33,575 nt of DNA, taken from NCBI GenBank assembly GCA_030141605.1, contig JAQGDQ010001589.1:1-33575 (forward strand), written 5' to 3'. Source of the DNA: Tubiluchus corallicola (lineage: Eukaryota; Animalia; Priapulida). Shown in pieces: positions 1 through 11,726 of this stretch. The stretch's first letter is position 1; every line of letters starts with the position of its first letter. The translations under genes and the position numbers were made by a program. The notes below the pieces were generated by a model, which worked only from the letters and a program-made list of their open reading frames with translations, was not told the origin of the DNA and made no database searches.

Positions 1-1
1 C

Positions 2-1057
2 ATGTCCTTCATTCCTTTAGGTTTGAGACAACATGACACTTTTTTAATCAAGAAACCAGATGACAGCATTAGCCACACACCGCTGTTAAAGCCATTCAAC
101 AGAGGTGTCTGGCTGGCTTTGTTCGGAAGCACTGTGCTTGTGGGATTATTACTATTTGCAGGTGAAAAATGTATAGTAAGTAGAACTAGGAAAAAAGATA
201 TTGGTAACGTAATGGAGTACACCAGTTCTGCTTTATCACCACTCTTTTACCAAACAGGTCCAACTTTACCAAGGAGTGTGGCATCTAGAATATTAATGTC
301 TTGTTGGTGGTTGTTTTCCTTGACGGTTACGTCTTTGTACACGGGCACGCTAGTGTCGCATCTTACTTTAAAAACGCCAGTTCATCCATTTACATCACTC
401 GACGGGCTACTGAAGAGCAGCATAACTCCTGTCGGTATACCCGGCTGGGTCGTCACCGAAACATTTCGCGAAAGCTCTCCAGACACGGTACACGGAAAGC
501 TTTGGGGTAGAATGCAATCTGATGAAAATTCTTTACCCAAAACTATTGACGAGGCTCTTGAGTTAACCAACACTGGCAGATACACGTTCATGGCCGGAAG
601 GCGCGAGTTAAGAACGTTGATGCTTCAGGACTTCCAGAAATGTGGCAAATGCCGCTTTGCGATTGCACCATTTACGATGCAAATACTCAACGTTGGCTGG
701 GCCGTACCAAAAGGAAGTAAACTTCAAGGAATCCTCCAATACGGACTAGAGTTAATTACTCAGAATGGTTTTTTAGACAAGCTTCTACGTGACAATATTG
801 ACAAAAATGGTTCACATTGTTTAAAACCCGTTACCCAGACGATCCAAGGAAACGCCCTAGATCTTGGCGACATATGCCACGCTTTTGTTCTACTGACCGT
901 CGGCTACGTCAGTGGTCTGTTATTCCTTTGTGCAGAACACTTCTGCTTGAGAAAGAGAAACTCGTCTGAGCAGCCAACAAAGAAGTGCAGCGCTAACATA
1001 TTTCTCAGTCTAGAAGAAAATTTTAAAAAAGGACTGAACGGCGAAGACTCTACTTAA
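2..1057 (+). CDS. Ionotropic glutamate receptor-like / variant ionotropic receptor (IR), C-terminal part (end of S1, M1, pore, M3, S2, M4, tail); 5'-incomplete, intronless here
   Basis: 351-aa ORF with iGluR/IR order of motifs: FLIKKP (end of S1), PFNRGVWLALFGSTVLVGLLL (M1), YQTGPTLPRSVASRILMSCWWLF, SLYTGTLVSHLT (SYTANLAAFLT-like), S2 with WAVPKGSKL and GFLDKL, then C...ALDLGDICHAFVLL (M4). The ORF begins at the window edge, so the Met at 2 is probably internal. Confidence 0.9.
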   Translation: MSFIPLGLRQHDTFLIKKPDDSISHTPLLKPFNRGVWLALFGSTVLVGLLLFAGEKCIVSRTRKKDIGNVMEYTSSALSPLFYQTGPTLPRSVASRILMSCWWLFSLTVTSLYTGTLVSHLTLKTPVHPFTSLDGLLKSSITPVGIPGWVVTETFRESSPDTVHGKLWGRMQSDENSLPKTIDEALELTNTGRYTFMAGRRELRTLMLQDFQKCGKCRFAIAPFTMQILNVGWAVPKGSKLQGILQYGLELITQNGFLDKLLRDNIDKNGSHCLKPVTQTIQGNALDLGDICHAFVLLTVGYVSGLLFLCAEHFCLRKRNSSEQPTKKCSANIFLSLEENFKKGLNGEDST

Positions 1058-1115
1058 CGTTACCTGTTAGACAAAATTACCAAAATTAATATCAAAGAAC
1101 GAAGGCTGTGGAAGT

Positions 1116-1589
1116 TGTAACTGTATATTTTTAGGTGCTGCCATCTATTGACTAATCACTTTACATTTTACTAGTCAAACTCACCCCTAGTATAATTGTT
1201 CGGTCCAGTGAATATGCATACTCACTGGATCTCTCCCTATTTTACTGTAATGGTATTTGTGAAGCAAAGTTTGCATAATTACCTCTACCTATATATACTG
1301 GCTGGATTTCACTTCTAGTCACTCTCTGTCACGCTCTCAGTGCAGTGCAGTCGTGCTACTTATGTGACTCTCTGTCTCACTCTCAATGCAGTGCAGAAGT
1401 CATGCTAGTTGTGATACTCATGTCACTTACTGTCACTAACTCTCAGTGTTCAGTGCAGGACACTCTTGTCCTCAGTGTTCAGTGTAGCAGTCATTCTACA
1501 TATGTGTATGTAGTCTAATAAACGTTTTCAGTTTTGTGCAGATATGTAGTATAGTGTTTTATTCTTTTTCGACAAAGTGTTCAACTACA
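1116..1589 (+). mobile_element. Possible solo LTR or other degenerate repeat directly 3' of the IR ORF
   Basis: Starts TGTAACTG and ends CAACTACA (TG...CA, partly inverted ends). Contains a TATATATA box near 1290, degenerate TGCAG/GTCACTCT repeats and AATAAA at about 1517. No target-site duplication (TSD) found. Confidence 0.3.
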
Positions 1590-1924
1590 CCTCAAACATG
1601 ACTTTCACAAAGGTGGCCGAAACGTGACTGTGTCATCACCACTCTCCGCTATCATCCCGACATGTCTCCCTCCTCTCCCATCAGTCATCCTCCCCACATT
1701 CTTTTGTTGGCCTCACATTCCAATCCCTCTCATTGTTCAATGTTAGGAGTAACATGCATTCTAGTTTACCTTACAACAAAATTGGCACTAACCGCTAACT
1801 TACAGCACTTGTGAAACTGAAACCAGATCCGCAAAATTCTGGAGGAAACAGTACACTAATACAAAGGCGGAGAAATGTTGGACACGCAGTTCCACAAATC
1901 TGTCCAACGGCCAGCCGGTCAACC

Positions 1925-2318
1925 AGATAGACAGACAGGCATACAGACATTTTAAATTGGTAAGTTTTATGTGCATATAAACCAAATGGCTGTTTTATCT
2001 TACAGGCAGACAGGCAGACAGACAGACCATTTGTACATATAAATCAAATAGATGTTTTGTCTTACAGACAGACAGACAGACGGACAGACAGAACAGACAG
2101 ACAAACAGACAGACAGGCATTTGGAATTTGTAACTTTCATGAAAATATAAATCAAATAGATGTTTTGTCTTACAGAGAGACAGATAGATAGACAGACAGA
2201 CAGACATTTTGAATTTGTAGCTTTCATGTACATATAAATCAAATGGATGTTTTGTCTTACAGACAGACAGATAGATAGACAAACAGACAGACATTTGAAT
2301 TTGTAACTTTTATGTACA
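1925..2318. repeat. Compound repeat: (GACA/GATA)n tracts alternating with a reiterated AT-rich unit, about 4 degenerate copies
   Basis: Recurring ATATAAATCAAATAGATGTTTTGTCTTACAG and GAATTTGTAACTTT blocks between CAGA tracts. Confidence 0.85.
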
Positions 2319-2492
2319 GGATGCTGCATTTTAAATAAACTCTATGCTCTTCTTCTTCATGTAGTTTTCCTTGGACTCAGGGATGTGTCTTTATCTGATA
2401 AATAAAAGGAATGTCAGCTGCATCTATGGGATTATTTAGTTGCTGGCAAGGACAGTATAACAGATATCGGGTGTCATATCTTATGTGTTGAC

Positions 2493-3324
2493 CAGGGCCG
2501 TATTAACCAAAAGGCTAACTAGGCTATACCCTAGGGTGACGAAGTTTGAGGGCGCCACATTTTAGGCGCCCTAATTTTAAAAAAACTCTTCTTGTTCTCC
2601 TCAGAAAATGTGCATCCGTTCATATTCATGTAAAACAAGCATTGTATAACACACCACAGGCAGTTACAGACCCCTGCTGCTATATAAGTGCTGTATGATG
2701 AACAAGCACAGTTAGTTCATATATATGCAATTAACAATGGTCATGTACCAACTAGGTCAGGAGTGTGCAAATTATCTGACTAGCCAGGCCACATTAAACA
2801 TTCCCGCAATTCCTGTGGGCCACATGCAGTTTGGTCAAGGAGCCAAGTACAGTAGGACCTAATAACGATTTTTTTGCATCCAATTTGCGCACATCATCAC
2901 TACTGCACTACTACACTCAAGAAACTATTTTAGAAGTTATTAAAATTGATATTAAAAACCATATATTTCGTCATGTCCGGCAGTGACATTAAGTGACAAC
3001 GGTCTTGTAAGGGTTAATGTCATCCGATCTAGAGGAAAAACTACCCGCACTATCTTTGCGATAGCGGCGCAGACTTCAGCTGGATCGCGTGGGCTGCACT
3101 TTCATTACGTTGACAAACCTCTTCGCGGGCCGCAAAAGATCTCTCGGCAGGCCACAAGTGGCCCACGGGCCGCAGTTTGCACACCCCTGGACTAGGTTAA
3201 TAATGTCACTAATACACCACAAATAATTGTCTAATCAGTGCAGTACATAATCATAAATTCAAAATACGGATGGGTGGGACAGATCTACCAGCCTAGGGCA
3301 TCGTGAACTCTTGATACGCCCCTG
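2493..3324. mobile_element. Non-autonomous hAT (Tip100-like) MITE interrupted by a second MITE
   Basis: Terminal inverted repeats (TIRs) CAGGGCCGTATTAA ... TTGATACGCCCCTG; 8-bp flanks GTGTTGAC / GTGTTGAG (7/8). Confidence 0.8.
2758..3189. mobile_element. hAT-Charlie/Buster-like MITE, copy 1 (nested)
   Basis: TIRs CAGGAGTGTGCAAA ... TTTGCACACCCCTG; 8-bp TSD AACTAGGT / GACTAGGT with central TA; homologous in reverse orientation to 4263-4737. Confidence 0.88.
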
Positions 3325-3618
3325 GTGTTGAGACATAAAACGTATAGCTGTGCAAGTAAATTTATGATATTTCACGGTGTACACGAAGGACTGTACAAGA
3401 AGAAATTTTGTGGCAACTTGTTTGTGTCAGTACTATTCAGTTATTGGGAAGTCACTATACGAATTGTGACTCACTTATGAGGCTAGGAAAAACATGTATA
3501 AATTCAGCGAAGCAAAACGCTAATAAATTGATCATAATTAAAATTGAAAAATTGTGATTATTATTTTATCAAATCAGTTTTCATGTTTAGAAGTTAAACT
3601 GGTCAGAAATCATGCATG

Positions 3619-4171
3619 TAAAGGCTGTAAAGATAATAGCGGTCATCCAATATTGCCGAATTGTAACTGTGGATTTCGATTTGAGTCTGTTGAACACTTT
3701 TTGTTGCACTGCCCATTGTATCAACTAGCTAGGGTTCTTGTGTTTGATAAATTAAATGAAATACTTTTGCCCAAAAACCTTAATATAGCTGCCTTAGGAA
3801 ATAATGATCTGTTGAAGTTGTTATTATTCGGAAAAGATGAATTTAAATATGTTGCTAACTGTAAAATATTCCAATGTATACATGACTTTATATTATGTAC
3901 TAAACGCTTCCAGTAGTTTCTATCTGATATAAAATGCATCATTCTTAAATAATCGTACATCATATTTAATAACCGTCATTTTCTACTAATGTCTAATGTA
4001 TCACTGTAGTAAAACTTTAGTATACTAAAGTATACTAAGAACTAAGTATAGTCTATTCTTACTGTAAATGTTCTTGTAAATAGTGTATAAAGTCTGTTGT
4101 GGTGAGGATCTTAAATCATGTTGTACAAACTGTCTGATCTAATCCTAAATAAATTATGTTTAAACTAAACT
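3619..4171 (+). mobile_element. 5'-truncated non-LTR retrotransposon (ORF2 C-terminus with CCHC-type motif, 3' UTR and tail)
   Basis: Peptide CNCGFRFESVEHFLLHCPLY...LLLFG...FILCTKRF*; AATAAA and (TAAAC)n-like tail at about 4148-4171; flanking direct repeat AAATCATGCATG at 3607 and 4172 (TSD). Confidence 0.85.
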
Positions 4172-4262
4172 AAATCATGCATGCTAAAGATGCTTGTCAG
4201 TATTGTTCCAAAACCCAACAGTGACAGAACAGCATAAAGTTGTTGATAATTACTATCTAACT

Positions 4263-4737
4263 CAGGGGTGTGCAAACTGCGGCCCGCCGAGAGAATTTGT
4301 GCGGCCCGCGAAGAGATTTGTCAACCTAATGAAAGTGCGGCCCGGGCGATTAATTGAGTGTATCCAGCTGAAGTCTGTGCCGCGATCCCAAAGATAGTGC
4401 AGGTAGTTTTTTCTACTAGATCGGATGGCATTAACCCTTACAAGATGGTTGTAGCTTAATAACACTGTACTACACAGACACATTACTAATATGCATTGTA
4501 ATGAAATTACCACTATCTGTCCTGAAAGTAGAAATATATGGTTTGTAATATAAATTTTAATAACTTCTAAAATAGTTTCTTGAGTGTAGTAGTAATGATC
4601 TACGCAGGTCGGATGCAAAAAATATCGTTATTAGGCCTTTCTGTACTTGGCTCCTTGATCAAACTGCATGTGGTCCGCAGGAATTGCGGGAAAGTTTAAT
4701 GTGGCCCGGCTAGTCAGATAATTTGCATACCCCCCTG
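4263..4737. mobile_element. hAT-Charlie/Buster-like MITE, copy 2
   Basis: TIRs CAGGGGTGTGCAAA ... TTTGCATACCCCCCTG; perfect 8-bp TSD ATCTAACT (4255-4262, 4738-4745); GCGGCCCG subterminal motifs. Confidence 0.92.
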
Positions 4738-4810
4738 ATCTAACTTAAACTGCAGCACCCCCATCAAAATAACACAAACATGAAGTGAAAGAAGAAAAGC
4801 GGATGCCTAC

Positions 4811-5308
4811 CCAAAAGCCTTTGCACCACGATTACGGATTCTTGCTCACGTGGTATGTGCTTCAAGATGTCGACTACATCGTGGTGATGAGCGGATCGCA
4901 CGTCGATTCCGTTCACCTCCACTAATATGTCGCCCTCCACCAGGTCACGGCACCGCGAATGGTCCACAATCTTTTTCACTCGCTGTCCATAGTGACTTTC
5001 GGCCAACGTGAAGCCAAAGCCCATGCCGCCTTTCTTGATCCTAGTCGACACGTACTCCACATTGGCTTCGTTCGGAAGGTTTCGTCCACCACTGTTGGGT
5101 GGTGCAGGCGTCGGCGTGGTGTTGGACGCCACCGCCACGGTCGTAACGATTTCGGTGTTTGGGTCATTAGGATCGAACGGAAGAGGGTAACCGCGGCACA
5201 CTTCCAAGTAGACGTCCTGTCCAATGGGAATTTGCTGAAAGATGGCCACAACGTCCTGATGCGTGAACCCCAGGACGCAGTTCTTGTTTACGTAAACCAA
5301 CACGTCTC
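4811..5308 (-). CDS. MAGI: MAGI-family exon: C-terminal half of PDZ1, linker and PDZ2
   Basis: (G)DVLVYVNKNCVLGFTHQDVVAIFQQIPIGQDVYLEVCRGYPLPFDPNDPNT (MAGI PDZ1 signature) and IKKGGMGFGFTLAESHYGQRVKKIVDHSRCRDLVEGDILVEVN (PDZ2). Acceptor ...cattatag, donor G|gtaggc; 498 nt, phase 1-1. Confidence 0.93.
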
Positions 5309-5867
5309 CTATAATGTAATACAAAAACCATTATAAATCAAAAACTCAGTTTTTCAACTCATATTTATTCATTTCGGACATAGCAGGTTGTGGGTAATGA
5401 TGCTGCGATGCTGTTGACAGAATTCACACATATATCATATCAATACAGAATGCAGGCATTAGTAACTTAAATCTTTCAGGAACAACACTTGCACAAAACC
5501 AGCAAGAAAATCAGCAGACTGTTTTGTTTATAGTTTATACCACTGTAATTTATACAGTTGTTTATACCTTATCTACATACATACATTACATACATGTTTA
5601 TCCACTTGTGCTAGCTACAAGCAGAAAATTAATTTTTTTCTTCCTTTGGCTCTAGGTCCTCATTATATTAATTTTAAATACGTAATGGTTAAATTAATAT
5701 TTAAAGATAGTCACGTGTGTCTCTTCTTTCCCATTATTGAACATTATTTTATTATAAACTAACACATTCGTATAACGTTCAATTTTCATTCGTCTTAAAT
5801 GCAAAATCTGATAATTTTTAATTACCTGATACATGCGCATTAACTAATTAATTATATTAGTAACAAT

Positions 5868-6043
5868 CCTGAGAGGGTGGCTGACCTCGATAACTTATAG
5901 TTCTTTCACCACCCTTTCACCACTAATCAATAATTACTTTTGCACTTTGTAATATTATTGTATGTTGTACAGATTTATAAATCTCTTAGTTATGTATTTT
6001 GCTATTTTAAAAATGGTGATAAACTACTAAACTTACTTACTTA
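5868..6043 (+). mobile_element. LINE-like 3' end remnant with (TTAC)n tail
   Basis: GGGTGGCTGACCTCGATAACTTATAGTTCTTTCACCA matches the reverse complement of 31931-31968; both are followed by an AT-rich spacer, GTGATAAA and TTAC repeats. Confidence 0.55.
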
Positions 6044-6128
6044 TCCATGATCCTGTTTTCCATGATATGCTCCTTGAAAATTCAGTAATCATTAGATGGT
6101 CATTTTGTTTATCTATATTTGCAATTTG

Positions 6129-6454
6129 CAAAGATAACCTCTCTTGTGTTGTGCCTAGTTGTTCGGCACATGGGAACAAAGATAACCTCTCTTGTGTTGT
6201 GCCCAGTTGTTCAGCACATGGGAACAAAGATAACCTCTCTTGTGTTGTGCCTAGTTGTTCAGCACATGGGAACAAAGATAACCTCTCTTGTGTTGTGCCT
6301 AGTTGTTCGGCACATGGGAACAAAGATAACCTCTCTTGTGTTGTGCCTAGTTGTTCGGCACATGGGAACAAAGATAATCTTTCTGTGTTGTGCCTAGTTA
6401 TGGGAACAAAGATAACCTCTCTTGTGTTGTGCCTAGTTGTTTGGCACATGGGAA
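6129..6454. repeat. 48-bp minisatellite, about 7 copies
   Basis: Unit CAAAGATAACCTCTCTTGTGTTGTGCCTAGTTGTTCGGCACATGGGAA, starting at 6129 and 6177 onward; one internally deleted unit. Confidence 0.95.
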
Positions 6455-6658
6455 AAGTTTAGATAGAAAAGTCAAAAGTTCAGTGTAATAAATAAATAAC
6501 TAAAACATAGAAAGTCTAAAATGGTTTTTACTTACAAAAAAGTTTAGCTATAATCACCATTCAGCTAAAATCATTCAATTTTGTTTTAATCTTTGTGCAT
6601 TTATTTTGGCATTATGCCAATCAATTAAAAGACAGGTAAACGCTTAACATTCAGCAAC

Positions 6659-7796
<1,138 letters not shown>

Positions 7797-8639
7797 TCAT
7801 AGTTTGCGCGTGCAAACATTCGTTAACTGAAAAATACTGTTGTACCTTTCTCGATGTAGTTCACCATTGGCAAACTGTGACACTGACATTTTCCAGTGAC
7901 ATTTTTATACCATCTTAATATTTTGTATTAACAATAAAAATAGTAATAATTATAGTAATATTTCGTAATTATAAAAATTAGATATTATAATAACATGATG
8001 TAATATAACCATAATTGCGATATGTTCTAGTAGATTAGAATGACGCCATTGCCAATTATTACGGCCAAATCACGTTGAAAACACCATGAACCATGAAGCA
8101 TCAGGAGTTTTAGCAATATCCAGAAGTGCCCATTGTGTCTCATCAAGCAACTTATTGAAATGTTCAAGGAATATGTTGTAATAACATGCTTTAAATAATA
8201 ACATCAGCATTATGCTGCATACCCTTATTTAGTCACTTAATACTGACTGATTGACAGGTTATTACATTACTTAGCATTCACTTACGGAATGCAGTCATCT
8301 GTGAAATTCAAATAATCCGAAGTAATCCATCAGAGATCTTTCTTCTAGTATGTTCATTTCACATACGGTGAGATGTCACAACATTTGATAGGTATTTCAC
8401 CTTGGCTTAATCATCCAAAGGTTGTACACGTATTTGTAGTCTTACTGAACAGTATATTTTAGTTAAACTTGTTTTAGTTTTACTCTGTTTTCCTCGTTCA
8501 AAGTGAAAGACAAGTCATTTAGCAACTTAGATGAATTTTACTGTTATTGTCGTCAGTATTAAGCTGAACAAGTGAAAGCACATTGCACTTATTCATAGGT
8601 ACCAGGCCAACCAACCTACAGGTAATGTTATGACAAATG

Positions 8640-8713
8640 GGAGGAGAGAGCTCAGAGAGGAGAGAGAGAGAGAGAGGGAGGGAGGGAAAGGAGACAGAGA
8701 GACAGAGCGACAG

Positions 8714-8762
<49 letters not shown>

Positions 8763-8824
8763 CAGAGAGAGAGAGAGAGCGAGAGAGAGAGGGAGAGAGC
8801 GAGGGAGAGAGAGAGAGAGAGAGA
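8640..8824. repeat. Imperfect (GA)n microsatellite (also 16009-16212 and inverted at 15177-15257)
   Basis: Direct reading of the sequence. Confidence 0.97.
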
Positions 8825-9104
8825 CCCCGAATAGGGAAAAGCTGGGAAGAAGAAGAAGAAGTTGAAGCAAACTCTGAGCAAGAAAAAGGAACGAAGATAA
8901 TTATTGCATAAAACTGCAACGGATTTAAGTCTTGCAAAGCTGTAGCCATTCATGTAGTTTTTCAACAGCTGATAACATCACTCCCAAGTCTAAACAGACT
9001 GCTAAATTGGCTGTTGAATAATGAATGAAAAGTAGGATTATGTGGATAATTGGCTTAATGCATTTTCAGTCCCCAACAGAAGTACTGTACCAAGCGCAAA
9101 TGCA

Positions 9105-9783
9105 TAGTGAACTATGAACTATGAATTTATTTTTCACACATCAAAATACAATATCGTACACATTAATAAACAATAAATAAAATGATTTGAGTAGTGCGAG
9201 GTGAGTGTACGACCATACGGTCATTAACACACTCAGCTTACTTAAATGAAAAAATTATTAAACTTATGCGTGCTTTTGTAGATGACTTAATGTAATAAAG
9301 TAAGTAATGTAATAATAGCAAGGAAACATAAGGAAAACATTAAGAAAGGAAAACATAATATGTAATTACGATTTTGATATAGGCTGCGCTGAATGAATAA
9401 TTTCATTTAAATTGATTTATACCTTTTACTAATAAAGTAACAAAGATCGTAAAGATACCTATTAGTAAAAGAAAAACAAAAGAAACGTACAAAAAGACAC
9501 ACGTGTACAAAAAAGAGAAAAAACCTCTGGTTTTCTACGCCAATGAATATTTACTAAGTAAAACTATCTTATATTGTTTGGTAGCTATTTTTAAAGAAGG
9601 AGAGGAAATGATTGTATTGGGTACACTATTCCACAAAATAACTCCACTGTGCTGTAAGGTATTTAAGCCATACGCTGTGTTAAATCGTGTTTGAAAATAG
9701 TGTCCCATACTTGAAGACCTAGTATAGTGAGAATGATAGTGAATCAAAATGGCAAATAATATAAAAACTTCATGGAAAATCAA
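9105..9783 (-). mobile_element. LINE 3' remnant (CR1/L2 group); copies at about 14223-14895 (+) and about 16494-17184 (-)
   Basis: HSHYTRSS...RFNTAYGLNTLQHSGVILWNSVPNTIISSPSL; 3' UTR hairpin; AATAAA followed by (TTCATAG)n tail. Confidence 0.8.
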
Positions 9784-10017
9784 GTTCTATTTTTTTATGA
9801 AACGCCACAAAGAAGGACAAAGAAGGACAAAGAAGGACAAAGAAGGACAAAGAAGGCAAAAATACAAAAACAGGTCCAAGAAATAGAAATTTTATAAAAT
9901 ATTCGTAAATAATAGGAAGTATCTGTTAAGTTCTTCTGTGGCTGAGGTTAACGGGAAATATTTCTCATAAATACTTCCACGAGAATGCTACAATCAAATT
10001 GCTGGTATCTAGGAACC

Positions 10018-10610
10018 AATGATAAGAGATCTTGAAAGCATCTTTCATTAAAGCATGGATAAAAGAGGCCTAATGTAGTGTTACAATGATAAGAGATCTT
10101 GAAAGTATCTTTCATTAAAGTAGGGATAAAAGAGGCCTAATGTAGTGTTACAATGATAAGAGATCTTGAAAGTATCTTTCATTAAAGTAGGGATAAAAGA
10201 GGCCTAATGTAGTGTTACAATGATAAGAGATCTTGAAAGTATCTTTCATTAAAGTAGGGATAAAGGAGGCCTAATGTAGTGTTACAATGATAAGAGATCT
10301 TGAAAGCATCTTTCATTAAAGCAGGGATAAAGGAGGCCTAATGTAGTGTTACAATGATAAGAGATCTTGAAAGTACGTTTCATTAAAGCAGGGATAAAGG
10401 AGGCCTAATGTAGTGTTACAATGATAAGAGATCTTGAAAGCATCTTTCATTAAAGCAGGGATAAAGGAGGCCTAATGTAGTGTTACAATGATAAGAGATC
10501 TTGAAAGTATCTTTCATTAAAGCAGGGATAAAAGAGGCCTAATGTAGTGTTACAATGATAAGAGATCTTGAAAGTATCTTTCATTAAAGCAGGGATAAAG
10601 GAGGCTTAAT
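10018..10610. repeat. 67-bp minisatellite, about 9 copies
   Basis: Unit AATGATAAGAGATCTTGAAAGTATCTTTCATTAAAGCAGGGATAAAGGAGGCCTAATGTAGTGTTAC; starts at 10018, 10085 ... 10554. Confidence 0.95.
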
Positions 10611-11149
10611 CTCGCGTTACACATTTGACGAGCAAGAGACCAACAGGCCTAAGATTAACAATACTATTTTGCAATATGACAGCAGCATAGCATAAAATTT
10701 TTGTCAATTATATTAATTATTAAAGCACCATGTTTTCCATATTACGAAATTATCTATATCTATTCGTCTACGAAATTTATTGCTTTACTTATCGAACATG
10801 CACACTATACTATCTTTCATATGTGATGAAATAGAATGTTTTTTTGCCATTATTACATGAAAATGTAATCAAAAGTTGATTTAAAATTGGCTGAATGTTA
10901 AGGAAATTTCAGTGACTTCAAGCTGTATTTTTGGAGTCTGCATTTTCGCAACTCAGACATAATCAGCAGATAATACATCTTTCTTGATATAATGTACAGC
11001 ATTTTTATATGCTAAACTAAATAACTTTTCAACCACCACAAAATATCTTGCAAGTTCAGTATAGAAGCTGATATTTTTAACTTTCAGGACCAGAAATATA
11101 AAGTGAACGTATCTAAGAGGATTCAGAAAATTAAGATCTTCAAAGTTTA

Positions 11150-11726
11150 ATTTATAGGTTCGAAATAAAAATGTTTATGTCTATGTGTATGTTATATATA
11201 TAAATATATATATATTTATATATAAAAAATCGATATTCATAACTATAAAAGCATAAAAGAACATTGCTGCATGAGAATAAAATTCACACAACTGTTAAAG
11301 GCAAATGCGTCCAGTGCAAACTAAAAACTACTGTGCTAAAAATTTAAAACAAAAATATACATTATAATATTACGAGGAAATTAATAATAGACTATATACA
11401 ATATATACATATAATTTAAAATGGACGTGGGTAAATAAAATTTGTGGATGAATATATATTATCGTTTACGTATGTAGGGTTTTCAATGTACGTATTTTTA
11501 ATTTTGATTTGAATTCGTCAAAAGACTTGATTTGTTTTAAATTTGATGGCAGGGTATTCCAAAGTTGAACTCCTTGTTTAGTGATAGAATTGTTGCCGTA
11601 TTTGTTATTAGTGCGTATTTGTTTAATATTGTGTGTTCTTGGATTTAATGTTGGCTCCAAGAGGAGTGGAAGCTTATTTTTGATGAAGGGCGTGTTAATA
11701 TTGTTGATGTATTCATATAAAACCAA
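11150..11726 (-). mobile_element. LINE 3' remnant (CR1/L2 group); duplicate at about 18618-19194
   Basis: IRTNNKYGNNSITKQGVQLWNTLPSNLKQIKSFDEFKSKLK; UTR motif TGCACTGGACGCATTTGCC resembles 24520-24538. The 3' boundary is approximate. Confidence 0.75.

Noticed and set aside
1040-1057. Receptor C-terminus (GEDST) as a PDZ ligand for MAGI
   Set aside because: The last residue is Thr and position -2 is Asp, so it does not fit the class I S/T-x-hydrophobic motif preferred by MAGI PDZ domains.
1594-1630. GGCCGAAACG as a hammerhead ribozyme core or LTR primer-binding site
   Set aside because: No upstream CTGANGA box or stem II, and only a partial match to a tRNA 3' end.
1804-1838. Minus-strand 35-nt micro-exon candidate (EFCGSGFSFTSA) resembling a PDZ GFGF loop
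   Set aside because: Splice signals are plausible, but the peptide does not match MAGI PDZ3 context and no continuing exon is visible.
1995-2329. ORFs with repeated CLSV motifs
   Set aside because: They are translations of (GACA)n compound repeats.
4959-5336. Plus-strand ORFs over the PDZ exon
   Set aside because: They are antisense shadows of GC-richer MAGI coding sequence.
6033-6462. Cys-rich 16-aa repeat proteins
   Set aside because: They arise from a 48-bp minisatellite that is open in several frames on both strands, with no splice or homology support.
8519-8965. SL-rich and RE-rich ORFs (also 15035-16353 and 28347-28706)
   Set aside because: They are translations of (GA)n/(CT)n microsatellites.
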